This document shows, piece after piece, positions 39,207 through 52,694 of a stretch of 64,000 nucleotides of DNA (positions within the stretch are counted from its first letter, which is position 1; every line of letters begins with the position of its first letter). This DNA is from Octopus bimaculoides. Its lineage: Eukaryota. The notes beneath the pieces are model-generated. The model worked only from the letters and a program-made list of their open reading frames with translations, was not told the origin of the DNA and searched no databases. Made by a program: the position numbers and the translations under genes. The DNA lies in NCBI RefSeq assembly GCF_001194135.2, contig NC_068994.1, positions 31,224,755 through 31,288,754 of the forward strand, given 5' to 3'.

Positions 39207-39263
39207 GAAACGCTGGTAATTATAAAATCCAAGATCCCTACATACAGCTCCATTAACAGATGA
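39207..39263 (+). CDS. PACRGL: PACRG-like protein, last coding exon
   Basis: tttgatccttacag|ETLVIIKSKIPTYSSINR* matches the conserved IIKSKIPTY C-terminus. Confidence 0.96.
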   Translation, partial: ETLVIIKSKIPTYSSINR

Positions 39264-39907
39264 AAGACCAGGTGAAGGGATATATCTGGTGGATATCTGT
39301 CAGTCATGTGACCTGCTTCAGTGTGAAATGTGAAAAAGTAAAGCAAAGGGGAGGAAAAGAAGATGTGGAGGAGAGAGACTACTACTTATTTCAGTCTTTA
39401 AAGCCTGTTCTTTACTTCTTTCCAACCAAATTATACAACTATGATGTCAACAAGCCTTCATATCAGCTATTTTGTCACATTTAAGTATCTATTTCTGATA
39501 ATTGTATAAAAACCACCCAATGCATCTTCAAGTCTTTTTCACATTTTTATGAAGTAATTGATAGCAAAGAAAAGAATACTAAATTTATTTTTACAGGAGC
39601 AGGTTGGAGATGGGGGGGCTAAATGTTTGTCATTTGAACACTGATTTGAATGTCTTAAGTAAATTCTTTGCCCAATCTGGTAAAAGATAGCTCATCTGTT
39701 TCCTTTCCATTCATTTGCTGGATAACTCAAAATAACAACTGAAAAAATATATTTTGTTATTGTAAAAATTTCCTTTCATTTGCTGTTGTTGTAGTCATCA
39801 TTTATATTAAGAATATCTTTCAAGTTAGGCTTGAAGATAGAACATGAAATCAGCCTTGAAATGATGAGGGTAGTAGTAACTAATGTTGATCTCTATTGGG
39901 AACCTTC

Positions 39908-40181
39908 AGCTGGATCATACAGTTATATGACAACATTGATTCGATTGTTCGGGTGAACGGTTTTCTTTCTAAGCCGTTCTGTATCAAACATTTTCCGGGT
40001 TAATCTTTGCTCCAGCCACCATCTCGTAAACCTTAATGGTTTCACCTATCGTTTGTAGGTGTTCCATCATGGTCATGATGATGGTGATGTCATCCGCATA
40101 TGCTGAAACCGTGGTTCCCTCGAGATGCCACTCAACTTTCGCAGTAACGGCTCCAGAGCCATCACATACAAAAGCGGCGAG
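39908..40181. mobile_element. L1/Tx1-like RT fragment with internal inversion
   Basis: Plus 39908-39988 reads WIIQLYDNIDSIVRVNGFLSKPFCI; minus 40181-39986 reads SPLLYVMALEPLLRKL..VSAYADDITI..KINPE. Confidence 0.85.
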
Positions 40182-41413
40182 TATATGTAGAAAATTTTGT
40201 TAAAAACTATCCATTTTCTGGATGTTATGAGGCAACAATGTCAGGGCATATACATCTGTAGTAATGCCCTTTTATTTATACGATTTTTTTTCATTTCATA
40301 TTTATTTCATTCATTGTTTGCAATAGTCTCTCTCCTCACACATATACTGCAAAGCTTACAGTTAGGCTGCTGAATTGAAATCTCTATGTTGCTTTGAGGG
40401 GAAGGTAAAACTTGACAAATTGCGTCTCCTATTGTTGGACTACCACGATGTTTGTTTAAAACAGAGAGATAATGACTGTGATAAAATAATGAAAGCAATA
40501 TTTACTAAGCAAGTGAGCATTGTTATACAAAGAAATAATTAGACATAAAATATAAAAATTATTAGAATTGGGAATCAAATGTGAAAATATTATCAAGGGG
40601 CTAGCAGAAAACTGCTCAGAGGGTGGTCTTTCTGCTAGTATATATATATAACATGTGTGTATAAGTTGACATAGTGCTTTGAGGTAATTTGTCTTTCATT
40701 CCTAATCTTCTATGAAAGTATGTCTGGCCAGAGGGAAATATTGCCTTACTTAGAAACAGGTGAGTGTCAGTAAGAGGAAGGACATCCAGCCATAGAAAAT
40801 TTGCCTCAACGAATTCCAACCGACCCATGTGAGCATGGAAAAGTGAATGTTAAAACGATGATAACAACAATGACGATGATGATGGCAATGATGATGATCT
40901 CATTCTTTGTAAGTTCTAATCTAATGTAAGCATTTTGCTAGGTTTCAAACCAGGATATTTTTCAGACTCTAGCTGCCAAGTCTTTACTAGGTACCTGTAT
41001 AAAGTGATTTTTTTCCTATCTGTTGCTTAATTCTACCATAATTAGATTTAAATACAATGTCTGTGCTCTTTGAAAGCTCTCAAAAGCTTGCATAACTCAC
41101 CTTGTTTTATATTAAGTTAATTCTTTCAGGAACATTCAACAAAAGACTCTCCTTGTGTTTTAAGGAATTTTGAAAATAATCAAGAATTTAAAGGGATTTA
41201 GTAAAATGATTAACATTTTGGTATTTAACATACTCAAGATAAGTATTTGGTGCATAACAAAAGATTATTTCATAAAATTATGATAGAAGGTTCTAAATTG
41301 ACTATGAACATTTTAAAATAGGTAAATTTTTGTATCACAGAATCTGACACCAGGTTGGGTTCAAAAGGGTGAAAGAATTTAAGTCCAGATTATAGTTTCA
41401 TTTTAATAGGAGT

Positions 41414-41639
41414 ATAACCTTTTAGCCATTAGATTATTTTGTCAAAAGTATGCTTTTTTATTCACATTGTTTAAATTAATCATGCATTATCTCATAGCTT
41501 TGAAATTTTGATGATGTGATTGTATATTTTTACAATAGCATGGGAGGGTAGGTATGATAGGCTGAATCTGGCTGGCTAGAACATAAAACAAGTAGCATAT
41601 TTGGACCAGATATAGCCAGTTTAAATGCTAAAGGGTTAA
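41414..41639. mobile_element. piggyBac-like MITE
   Basis: Right end ..aatgctaaagggTTAA; degenerate left end ataacctttTagc. Confidence 0.6.
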
Positions 41640-41824
41640 TGGAGGAAAGTTTTGTCTATTATATAGGCAAGTCAAGCAACTATATAGAACTCCCTTCCTA
41701 GCTCATGACAATGATATATGCATCATCATCATTATTGTAATCATCAATTTTATCCTTTTTTTTTTTTTCCATAACCACATATGTAGAAGTTTGCTATCAC
41801 ACTACACACAACTAACTAGATATA

Positions 41825-42020
41825 ATGGTTTCAAATTTTGGCACAAGGCCACTAAGTTCAAAGGAGGGACTAAGTCAATTAAATTAACCACAGTGTTCAA
41901 TTGGTACTCATTTTATCAAGGCTGAAAGGCAAAGTTGACTCCAGCAGAATTTGAACTCAGAACGTAAAGCCAGACGAAATTCCACAAAGCATACTAATGG
42001 TTCTGTCAACTTGCCACCTT
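41825..42020 (-). mobile_element. CORE-like SINE family B
   Basis: Reverse complement of family B (ggtttcaaattttggcacaagg..gaatttgaactcagaac). Confidence 0.8.
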
Positions 42021-42211
42021 AAACTCGCTGGATATAATGGCATCTTATATATACCATGTTTGAGCATTCAATATTTTTTTTTTTTTTTTAAGAAACCATT
42101 TTTTTTCACACCTAAGAACAAAACTAATTATTTAATGACACTGGTGGCAAGTATGATCCACACCTGTTTTTTTTTTTTTGTTTCCATTTATTAAAAAAAA
42201 AACACAACTAG

Positions 42212-42415
42212 TACAGGCATCCCCACTTCCTCATGCTATAGAAATGGCAACATTCCAGAAAATCTTATCATAACATGGTATCTTGTAATGTGAAATCTAT
42301 TTCCCTCATGCACTTCCATGTAATATAACATGGAAATTAATAACATGGTATGGAATTCCTTGTTACAGCAAAATTTTCAGTAATGTAATACTTCCATAAC
42401 ATAGGGGATGACTAT
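42212..42415. mobile_element. Tigger/pogo-like MITE
   Basis: TACAGGCATCCCC at the left, GGGGATGACTAT at the right; about 200 bp. Confidence 0.6.
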
Positions 42416-44599
42416 TTATATTCCATGACATTTTTAACGTTTCCAGCATGGCTCCTTATGTTGAAGGAAACAGGCTTACCTAAAATGTTAGTTTCCACTT
42501 CTCATAGTACACACCATATGGAGAAAGCTTCTATCACCACTTTACCTTCAGTGAAATCTCCTTCAAATTGTTCTTCATCAGTTTAAATAACCAATTTACA
42601 GAATGGACAAAAGTCAGCTTTTATACTCTATAAAGTAATTAGTGTTAGGAAGAACATCCAGCTGCAGAAATCATGAAATCATGCTGAAATTGGACTGCAC
42701 AATGAAAATGTGACCTTCTGGCCTGTTTTGAAGGCAAGTACCTCCAAATATGAATTGACATGGGCCATGACAACCCTTCAGTACTATTCCAGCTTGGAAA
42801 ACAGATGTTAAGTAACATTTTAAATACACACACACATACATGCACATATGTATCAGTTCAAAAATGTTTGGGACATGTTTGATTTGTAAACAAGCAACTT
42901 CACTGCAATCTGTCATGGAGACAAAATTCTTGCTTTAAGCAAAACGTGTTAAAAAACATTAAAGTCAGTTCAGAGACTCCATCCACTCTGGTTGATTGGT
43001 AGATGCATTTTGAGCTTTTGCTCTCTGCAGTTACAGATACCAAGCAGGGCAACTCTCAACTGACTGGAAGTTTTAACTTCCTCATAAGAGATCAATAAAT
43101 AATATTTACTGATTACATGGTACAGCCACTGGGCCAGAGCAAAATACCTGGACAGCACCCAAAGCAGTAATGTAAACTAAACAAACTTTACTTAGTGGCC
43201 ATGAATGACAGCTTGGTATACATAGATGATGAAGCATAACAATGCAGAAGTGCATGCATCCTACAATCCAGTGATATCATTCATAACCTAGTAATGTTTC
43301 CACTCATACTGTCTCTAAAGATAATTTTCAGCGTATTGTAATAGTTGGCATTAGGAAGGGCTTCCAGTTGTAAAAACTATGCCACAGTGAAGCTTGGTGC
43401 ACTCTTCTGGCTTGCCAGCTCCTGTCAACCCATCCAACCCATGCCAATGATGATGACAATTGTTTATCAGTCCAGACGTACACAAACATGTTAAATATGA
43501 TTTCATATAACTCTGTACACACATATATACATATACGAGGTAGTATTAAAGCATTCCCGGACTAGTTATGCTTACTAAAAAATAACTTATTTACGTAAGT
43601 GTAGGTCTGATACTATACTAAGCTAACAGTATCTGTATGGGACAATGCAGATTTAGCTAATAGTGTCAGTATGATACCATATTGACTAAGCTAATAATAC
43701 CAATTTAATACTACACTGAGATGCTAACAGTGTTGATATCATAGAATGCTGGCTTAACTTTGTTTATCTAGCCAAGATTTATTGATTCTGAAGAGTCAAA
43801 ACAATATCTACACATTGTGTCTATCCACTACTCAGTTATGGATTGTGACTTTCTAGTCAGCATCTAGAGATTGTATCTGTCTAGCAAACATCTATAAACT
43901 GTGTCTATTCAGTCAACATCTATAGGTTTTAAATGTTTTTGTTAAAATATGGTCACCAAAGGATTACTACAGTGAAAACATTAATTAAAGACATTATGTA
44001 ACGTGGAAAAGATAATATTAACTCTATGGTTATTACTTTAAATATTTCACCAAGTATGGGAGACAACTCTGGGCATGTTTTGGTTTTAATAGTTCTCCTC
44101 AGTGAAACACTGGATTCATTATACTTGCTGAATTATTGGTGGAAAAATCACTGAGTATTATGTCAATATAGTCATCAATTTCAAACTGAATATCTAGGTA
44201 AAAAAAAAAACTGTTTTAGTTCCAAAACACTATCATATACTAGCACAAACCAGAAAATGGACCTCCACATATTTACCCAATCTGCTAGAAATAACTGCCA
44301 ATATTTTTCAAATAACATCCAACTGTTTTAAAGAAGGACATGCTAGTCTCGAAGAACACTACACCTGGAAAAAAACAATGGAATGGTTACAGCTGGAATA
44401 TCTTTGATCTTAAATCAACTCAATCAAAGTTGTCTTAGGACTAATTAAGAGCCACAACCATGTACTAACTAGATATGCCTAGCTGCAAAATAACAGCACG
44501 TAGTAGCTTTCAACAAAAATTAGGGTAAAACTGCCGATAAACTTCAACCGAAAATTAATTTTCATTGATGTAATTAAAAAATTCGATATATTTACCAAA

Positions 44600-46581
44600 T
44601 AAAGGCTTTTTACCATGTCAAGTTCCCGTTTGTCCTATCTAACCTATCAAAGACTAAATCCATCTAATGTAAAAAGATGTTTTGTTCTATGATGCCGGTT
44701 GAGTCTTTCAGCAAATTTAGTACGAAACGGCATTCTTTATTTCATTGAAGTTCATACTCCCTTCCCCACCTTCTACCCATGTTCCTCTGCTTCTTTCTTT
44801 TATAGGTTCGCTGTTTCTTCTCTCTCAATCTCATGTTTGCTCTGTTTTAAAAATACTTCGTAATTAAAGTGCAGATGAGAGTGAAAATTAAATAACTTTA
44901 CGAATTATCACCTTAATGGAGAAGGAAGTAAACATTATATTAGTAAATAACATATTTCCAAAATTTCTTCAATAAATTCTCCTGTCAAACAAAGAAAAAT
45001 TCCATTGATCATTTCTCCTTGTACGTATGTGCGCGCGCGCTACAAAATATCAGGTGAGAAGAGGGCTAGTGCTTCTATACTAAACAATATGATAAAGATT
45101 TCGAGCAGTTTTGCTGGTAGGAAGTCAGCCCATAAAATACAACGTTCTGAAATTTAACTTTCCGAACTAAACTTCATTAAGCTCCTCCTTCTACTGGTCA
45201 GATTTCGTTAACGAACTATGAGCGTGCCCCCTCACCGAGTAATGAAGACAGTTAAAAATGAATAGACCTAGATAATATAACCTTAAATTGGAAAAGTGCG
45301 CGGTACGCTGTTAAATTCTTGTTGAAATGGGTCAGCAGCCAGGTTTTGATTCCCTTTTAGCTTACCTTATTATATTAATACCTGACAAAGGCTTGAAACG
45401 ACACAATCCACATTTTTCCTTATTTCATTAATTCTAATTATCACAATATTTCCAACAGGCATTGAAATGATAGTGATGGTGGCGGCGCGATGTAGACTGC
45501 CCCAAACTATCTACACCACCACTACTATAAAAGACAGACGAGTTATACACTTGTAAAAGAAAGAAAAAACATGAAAACTAGCCTCTCGACAGTTATTTTA
45601 TTTCGTTAGCAGTGTTAGTTTTGCTAACTTACCCTTTATTTGTTGTAGATTGGTAAGTGTAATAGGCCGGAAGTAAATTCTACATTGCTAGGTAGATTAT
45701 GTTAACAAAGTAGTCAATGTTAATTGTTATATATTACATTCACCTAGCGAGTTTGAAATGGTAAAAATTAATCATAAAGAAGCAAGACATATCGCTGAGA
45801 AAAAAAAATTATTACAAAACCCATTTCAGAATTTTATATTTCGTTTTTACTTAAGTTAATTATAAAATAAAGGAAATTAGATGGCGATCGAGAATAAAAG
45901 AATTAGAGTAAAGAACAAACATGGAGACGAAAAGGGGAAAACGGTAAGGGGAGAAAGAATAAAATACAGTGGAAGACAAATAGAGTAAATGAAGCGGGTG
46001 AACAGACAGATGGGTGAGGTAAGAAAATGAAGAGATGTGAAGAAAGATAAGCGCGAGTAAGGAACAAAAGCGGGAAAGATGATGTCAAAATGAGAGAGAG
46101 GGAGAGATTGAAGCTGAAACAAAAGGAAAAGGATGGGAAACGTAAGTAGAAAGGGGGACTTTTTCACCGCTTACACCGGGTCGCATCAAATTTTATCACC
46201 CGCAGACAATGGTACGGAGGAACTGGCGCTGTAGTAATTCGTTCTGCGACTACTTGGTGACGCGATCCTAGCTGACGCTTGGTTATCCCTCCCCCAACGT
46301 TGTGTTTGTCCTGGTCGGGACTGTTTATGGTGTGTCAGCGGGCCAGCAACCGACCGCAGCCAAACTGGCTCTCTTAGCAACGGCCCCGCCTCTCTGTAGC
46401 CGAAATACTAGTGAGTACTTACAATTAGTTCCTTCATTCTAACACATTCTCAGCAGCACGTCACAGTCGTTTCCTGCATGCATGTTTCCACTTAAATTAA
46501 GAAAGAAAAAAACAGAGGGAAGCAGTTAAAGAATATATATATATATACACACACATTAAAAGTACATGCACACACGCATAC

Positions 46582-46622
<41 letters not shown>

Positions 46623-47343
46623 NNNNNNNNNNNNNNNNNNNNNNNNNNNNNNNNNNNNNNNNNNNNNNNNNNNNNNNNNNNNNNNNNNNNNNNNNNNNNN
46701 NNNNNNNNNNNNNNNNNNNNNNNNNNNNNNNNNNNNNNNNNNNNNNNNNNNNNNNNNNNNNNNNNNNNNNNNNNNNNNNNNNNNNNNNNNNNNNNNNNNN
46801 NNNNNNNNNNNNNNNNNNNNNNNNNNNNNNNNNNNNNNNNNNNNNNNNNNNNNNNNNNNNNNNNNNNNNNNNNNNNNNNNNNNNNNNNNNNNNNNNNNNN
46901 NNNNNNNNNNNNNNNNNNNNNNNNNNNNNNNNNNNNNNNNNNNNNNNNNNNNNNNNNNNNNNNNNNNNNNNNNNNNNNNNNNNNNNNNNNNNNNNNNNNN
47001 NNNNNNNNNNNNNNNNNNNNNNNNNNNNNNNNNNNNNNNNNNNNNNNNNNNNNNNNNNNNNNNNNNNNNNNNNNNNNNNNNNNNNNNNNNNNNNNNNNNN
47101 NNNNNNNNNNNNNNNNNNNNNNNNNNNNNNNNNNNNNNNNNNNNNNNNNNNNNNNNNNNNNNNNNNNNNNNNNNNNNNNNNNNNNNNNNNNNNNNNNNNN
47201 NNNNNNNNNNNNNNNNNNNNNNNNNNNNNNNNNNNNNNNNNNNNNNNNNNNNNNNNNNNNNNNNNNNNNNNNNNNNNNNNNNNNNNNNNNNNNNNNNNNN
47301 NNNNNNNNNNNNNNNNNNNNNNNNNNNNNNNNNNNNNNNNNNN

Positions 47344-47375
<32 letters not shown>

Positions 47376-48100
47376 AAATACAAGTGTTTTCTTGAATGTG
47401 ATCATCCCTTCAAGAGATTAACATATCCTCTAATTAACTTTATATATACATATATATATGTATGTATATATACCCATTCGTATATCCATATTGAATCGAT
47501 GTATGTATTATATGCATGTGTATAAATAGTCATTATATAACTACATGCGTTTGTATGTTTTTGTATATACCCATGTACGTTTGCGTATGTATTCTGTTAC
47601 ATATAAATATTACTAAAGATCAATCTTTAAAGTTTATTTATAAACTGATTTGTGTGTATATAAATCTGTAGAGGAAGAGAGTGGTTAAAATTTTGTGGAG
47701 ACTATTGATTTATATAGATAAAAAAAATTTTCACACATAGAGCTGCAAAAGAGCGACTTTTAGGGTTTGCTTACCTGCTGAACGACAGTTTGTACTTTGT
47801 CACTAGTAGCGGATTGCGCCCGTGCTCGAAAGAGAATATTCTTCAGTCGCCGGATCCACTAAAAGGGTACCTCAGAACGTTATACTTCACAACGTCAATT
47901 AGCGGCAGGACTATAAAGGAAATTCTGCATTAGTTCGTCTCTAACCAGTCTTGCTACGAAATATATTGATGGAGTCCTTACTAGTATCCCGATGTCAATG
48001 AGTTACTAAATTAAGTATTTGAATTGTAGTCTTTATACTTACGTAGCTATATGCACACACAAAAGATTATCGTTGGGTTAAATAAATTACTTCTACTGTA
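44600..48100. promoter_or_regulatory. CpG-retaining region, probable promoter and non-coding first exon(s)
   Basis: By eye, far more CpG than the flanks. (GC)5 at 45031-45040, ETS-type CCGGAAGT at 45667-45674, CTTAGCAAC (RFX half-site-like) near 46372-46380, GC box CCCCGCC at 46384-46390, and splice-donor-like motifs on both strands. Confidence 0.5.
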
Positions 48101-48475
48101 GAATATATCTATAGGTTTTAGCCAATATTCTATGTGATACTAAGATATAAACATTTTGAATTTATGCACGCTATATTCTTGGACAGAAAAAGTGATGTGC
48201 TGCATAATCTGCATCCCGTACATCCCAAATATGTGTGATATATGAAAATTGGTTTCTTTCATTTATTCGAGCCCTTACAAATAACTAGTTTAAAAGCTGT
48301 CTCTTCATAATCAAAAACAGTGTCATTAACTGAAAATATCTCAACACAGTTCAAATTACTTCGATTGTCCCACTTTTTCTGTCCACTGTGGTGTTTGGAA
48401 TAAAGACAATGTGTTTATGTCTATCAGTTATTTAATATTGAGTACGTGTGTGTAATATAGTAATTGTATGTGTAG

Positions 48476-48530
<55 letters not shown>

Positions 48531-49075
48531 NNNNNNNNNNNNNNNNNNNNNNNNNNNNNNNNNNNNNNNNNNNNNNNNNNNNNNNNNNNNNNNNNNNNNN
48601 NNNNNNNNNNNNNNNNNNNNNNNNNNNNNNNNNNNNNNNNNNNNNNNNNNNNNNNNNNNNNNNNNNNNNNNNNNNNNNNNNNNNNNNNNNNNNNNNNNNN
48701 NNNNNNNNNNNNNNNNNNNNNNNNNNNNNNNNNNNNNNNNNNNNNNNNNNNNNNNNNNNNNNNNNNNNNNNNNNNNNNNNNNNNNNNNNNNNNNNNNNNN
48801 NNNNNNNNNNNNNNNNNNNNNNNNNNNNNNNNNNNNNNNNNNNNNNNNNNNNNNNNNNNNNNNNNNNNNNNNNNNNNNNNNNNNNNNNNNNNNNNNNNNN
48901 NNNNNNNNNNNNNNNNNNNNNNNNNNNNNNNNNNNNNNNNNNNNNNNNNNNNNNNNNNNNNNNNNNNNNNNNNNNNNNNNNNNNNNNNNNNNNNNNNNNN
49001 NNNNNNNNNNNNNNNNNNNNNNNNNNNNNNNNNNNNNNNNNNNNNNNNNNNNNNNNNNNNNNNNNNNNNNNNNNN

Positions 49076-49154
<79 letters not shown>

Positions 49155-49899
49155 ATCTATATCATTTATCTTTTACTTGATTCAGTCATTAGACTGCAGC
49201 TTGCTGGTATACCTCCTTGAAGAATTATTAGTCAAAGGAATCAACTCCAGTCCTTAATATTTTTTTAAACCTGGTACTTATTTTATCAGTACTTTTGCCA
49301 AACTACTAAGTTATGGGGGGACATAAACACACCAACACTAGTTATTAAGTGGTGGTCAGGGACTCTATCTACTATTAATTTGCTGTTTCATTAAAATTGT
49401 TTCGCAAAAATCCCCAAAGAATTATCTCTCTCCGCCTTGTGCTCTACCCTAGCACCGGCATTGTCTCTCTCTCCATTTCGATAACTACTTGCTTCTCCAA
49501 TCACTTACCTCCTCCTCCACCATCCCACTCTATATAAACCTGCTCTCTTGGATTCCTACTACATTTCAATAACCCCCACCAAAAGAATACAAACCCAGAA
49601 GATGTTGTTCAGATAAGGAATCTTGTGTGTGTTTTTTCAACTCAGTGCATCTACCACCTCTATTTCAGTGCAGATCATAATCCCCTCTTAGTTCTGTAAA
49701 CATAGTTTTCATCTTCTGTCTTAAAAACAAACGTAATTTCACACGAATACCCTTATCGTCACTTATTCATGCATCTATTTACTTTTATCACATTGTCAAT
49801 TATTCATTTCTCTAATTTTTTTGTCACAGATTGGCTGACCAAAGATTCTAAGAGTTCTAAATTCTATCTACTATAAATATGTCATTCCTAACACCAGTA

Positions 49900-51375
49900 A
49901 TGCTATTTTGCTGTTCAACCGCCCTCCAGCCCCCACCACTAGTACCGCAAGTCCCTATCCTCTGACAGCCTTCGTTGTCTCTCATTAACACTTCTAAAGG
50001 CTTAATGCCATCCCCACCTGCCACTTAGGATCTATCTCCTATGTAAGGTTGTGATCATATAGCGCATAAAAATGATGGTGTAGTGTATGCAGGTTGAAGG
50101 CTGTTTGGTTATGAATTCTGCCAAATGAGAGCTTTTGGCATCCCGGGGTCACACGGACACACACCCTCGGGGTTGGCACATTCAACGTGGGCATACTGAA
50201 AGGTAGGTCTGGTGAGATTGTTGAGGTGCTTGAACAGAGATGTGTAGATTTGTGCTGCATCCAAGAAGTAAGGTGGAGAGAAGGCTCTGCTAGGTTCCTC
50301 ACAGGCAAAGAACATAGATACAAGATCTTCTGGGCAGGGAACACTGACGGGGTCAGGGGCGTGGGTATATTTCTTGCAGAGAAATGGGTTGATAAGGTAA
50401 TCGAGGTAGTCAGAATCTGCGATAGAATACTTAAGATTAGATTAGTGCTACATAATGGGTTAGCAACCATTATCTCGGCTTATGCCCCTCAACCAGGGCT
50501 ACCTGATGGACAGAAAGACTGATTTTATGACGCCCTCTTGCTGACTACCTCATCAACGAATGACAGGGACCTTCTCTTTGTGGCTGGTGATTTCAATGGA
50601 CATGTTGGACAACATGCAGGGAGCTTCCATGGCATACATGGAGGTTATGGTTTTGGTTCCGGCAATGAGGAGGGAACCAGGCTGCTGGAGTTCTGCGATA
50701 CAAATGATATGGTTTGCAATACTAACTTCAGGAAACCTGCCAGTCACCTAGTCACCTACCGATCTGGCAGACACACTAGTCAGATTGACTGCATCTTCAC
50801 CAGGAAAAGGGAAAGATGGCTACTTATAAATACCAAAACCTTCCCAGTTGAAGAATGTACCCCACAACATAGATTAGTAGTTAACGACTTCAGGATCAGG
50901 GCTAAATGGATGCCCAGAAGACGACCAGCATGGAGAAGGGTCTGGAAGCTTAAAGATCCTGCGAATGGACAGAGATTTTGAGACATATTACTCAAAGCTT
51001 TTGATGAAATAGACGGGGCTATAGCATCACATGACATGGAAGACAACTGGAGGTTTCCACGGGACAATCTGCTGAGGGCCACTGACCAGATCTGTCGATG
51101 GTGCAAAGTCCCTGACCCAAGGTAACGTGGTGGTGGAACAGTGTTGTTGATAGGGCCATTAGGGAAAAGAAACAGGCTTGGAAGGACTGGAAGAACGGTG
51201 GTAGCAGGGAATCGTTACAGACTGCAAAAAGGGAAGCTAGGAGACGGGTTTATTTAGCCAGTGGAGAAGCAGATAAGAAAAAATTTGCCAATGTTCTGCA
51301 CCGTGAGGACCAAAGTCTTGAGGTATTCCATGCTGCGAGACAGTGTGTGAGAGAGAATCATGACGTTGTAGGAGA
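49900..51375 (+). mobile_element. RTE LINE 5' part (5'UTR and APE endonuclease), 3'-truncated
   Basis: NVGILKGRSGEIV..CCIQEVRW, IISAYAPQ, VAGDFNGHVG, SQIDCI, QHRLVV; few stops. Confidence 0.93.
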
Positions 51376-51725
51376 GAAAGATATGCAATGATATACACCT
51401 GAAAAATCAATCCTTCAAGGACTTGTACCAAACTTTGGCATTGAAAGTTATGCAAACAGCAGAATGGGGTGCCACTGCATCGTGCCAAAGATCCCCACAT
51501 TGCCACCAAGATGTAGGATCAATATTGCTACAGTTTGGGTTTCAAGGACCCACAGCTTTTCAAGGACTGAGAGACCCACATGGTGCAGATATGTCTTCAA
51601 AACAAAACTGGATCTCCTCCTGTCAAGGATTCTGGATGAGCTTATGTCACAACAGGAAACACAGATGAGGGGAGCAGCTCTTTCATTCACTAAATATCAG
51701 GGAAGGTTTCAGATGGTGCAGATAT
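51376..51725 (+). mobile_element. CR1-like LINE 3' end
   Basis: GCHCIVPKIP..VFKTKLDLLLSRILDE..QMRGAA resembles the CR1 ORF2 C-terminus. Confidence 0.7.
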
Positions 51726-51784
51726 AGCTCAAACTGGAACCAGTTAAAGAGAGTAAAGATATGTGTGTGTGTGTGCTTGTATGT

Positions 51785-52320
51785 ATATATATCATCATCA
51801 TCTTTTAACATCTGCTTTCCATGCTGGCATGGATTGGACAGTTTGACTGAGGACTGGCAAACCAGGAGGCTGCGCCAGGCTCCAATCTGTTCTGGCAAGG
51901 TTTCTACTGCTGGATGCCCTTCCTAACACCAACTACTCTGAGAGTGTAGTGGGTGCTTTTTACATGCCAGTGGCATGAGGGCCAGTTAGGCAGCAGCACT
52001 GACAACGACCACACTCAAATGGTGCTTTTTACGTGCCACCAGCATGGGAGCCCATCAGGTGGCACTGGCATCAACCACAACAACGATTTCACTTGACTCA
52101 ACAGGTCTTCTCAACCACAGCATATTGCCCAATGATTGATGGGTACTTTTAAACGAGCCAGTTATGTGACACTGGCATCTGCCGCAGATACGATCTCACT
52201 TGGTTAGCTGAGTCACTTGTCATTGCCTCTGTGAGGCCCAACATTCGAAGGTCATGCTTCACCACCTCATCCCAGGTCTTCTTGGATCTACCTCTTCCAC
52301 TGGTTTCTTCTGCTGTTAGG
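51785..52320 (-). mobile_element. RTE LINE 3' end with 3'UTR and (GAT)n tail
   Basis: GRGRSKKTWDEVVKHDLRMLGLTEAMT followed by the family tail. Confidence 0.88.
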
Positions 52321-52694
52321 GTGCACATATATATATATATATATATATATATANNNNNNNNNNNNNNNNNNNNNNNNNNNNNNNNNNNNNNNNNNNNNNN
52401 NNNNNNNNNNNNNNNNNNNNNNNNNNNNNNNNNNNNNNNNNACGTGTGTGTGTGTGTATGCTTATGTATGTATATCTGTATATGTCTATATACAAGGGGC
52501 TGCTGAAAAGTTCCTGGCTTTAAAGGTATCGTGAAAGGCCTGGTTGTGGGGTCCAACCTTCCAAGTTCTTTTACTGATATTATGAAAATGGAAGGACCAC
52601 TACAATAAGAGGGAAATATGTTGGATAAAATTACAATCTGTATTTTGGTTTACCCAATGCTAGAAACTTTTCAACACCCTCTCGTTTATGTGTG

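Noticed and set aside
40307-44760. Minus-strand protein-coding gene from candidate exons (40307-40480, 42547-42628, 43000-43310, 44050-44186, 44613-44760)
   Set aside because: Some splice-like sites are good, but in-frame stops or phase conflicts prevent a coherent ORF and no family is recognisable.
45877-46380. Short ORFs in the purine-rich/CpG-rich segment
   Set aside because: Compositional artefacts with no recognisable domain; better explained as promoter or 5'UTR.
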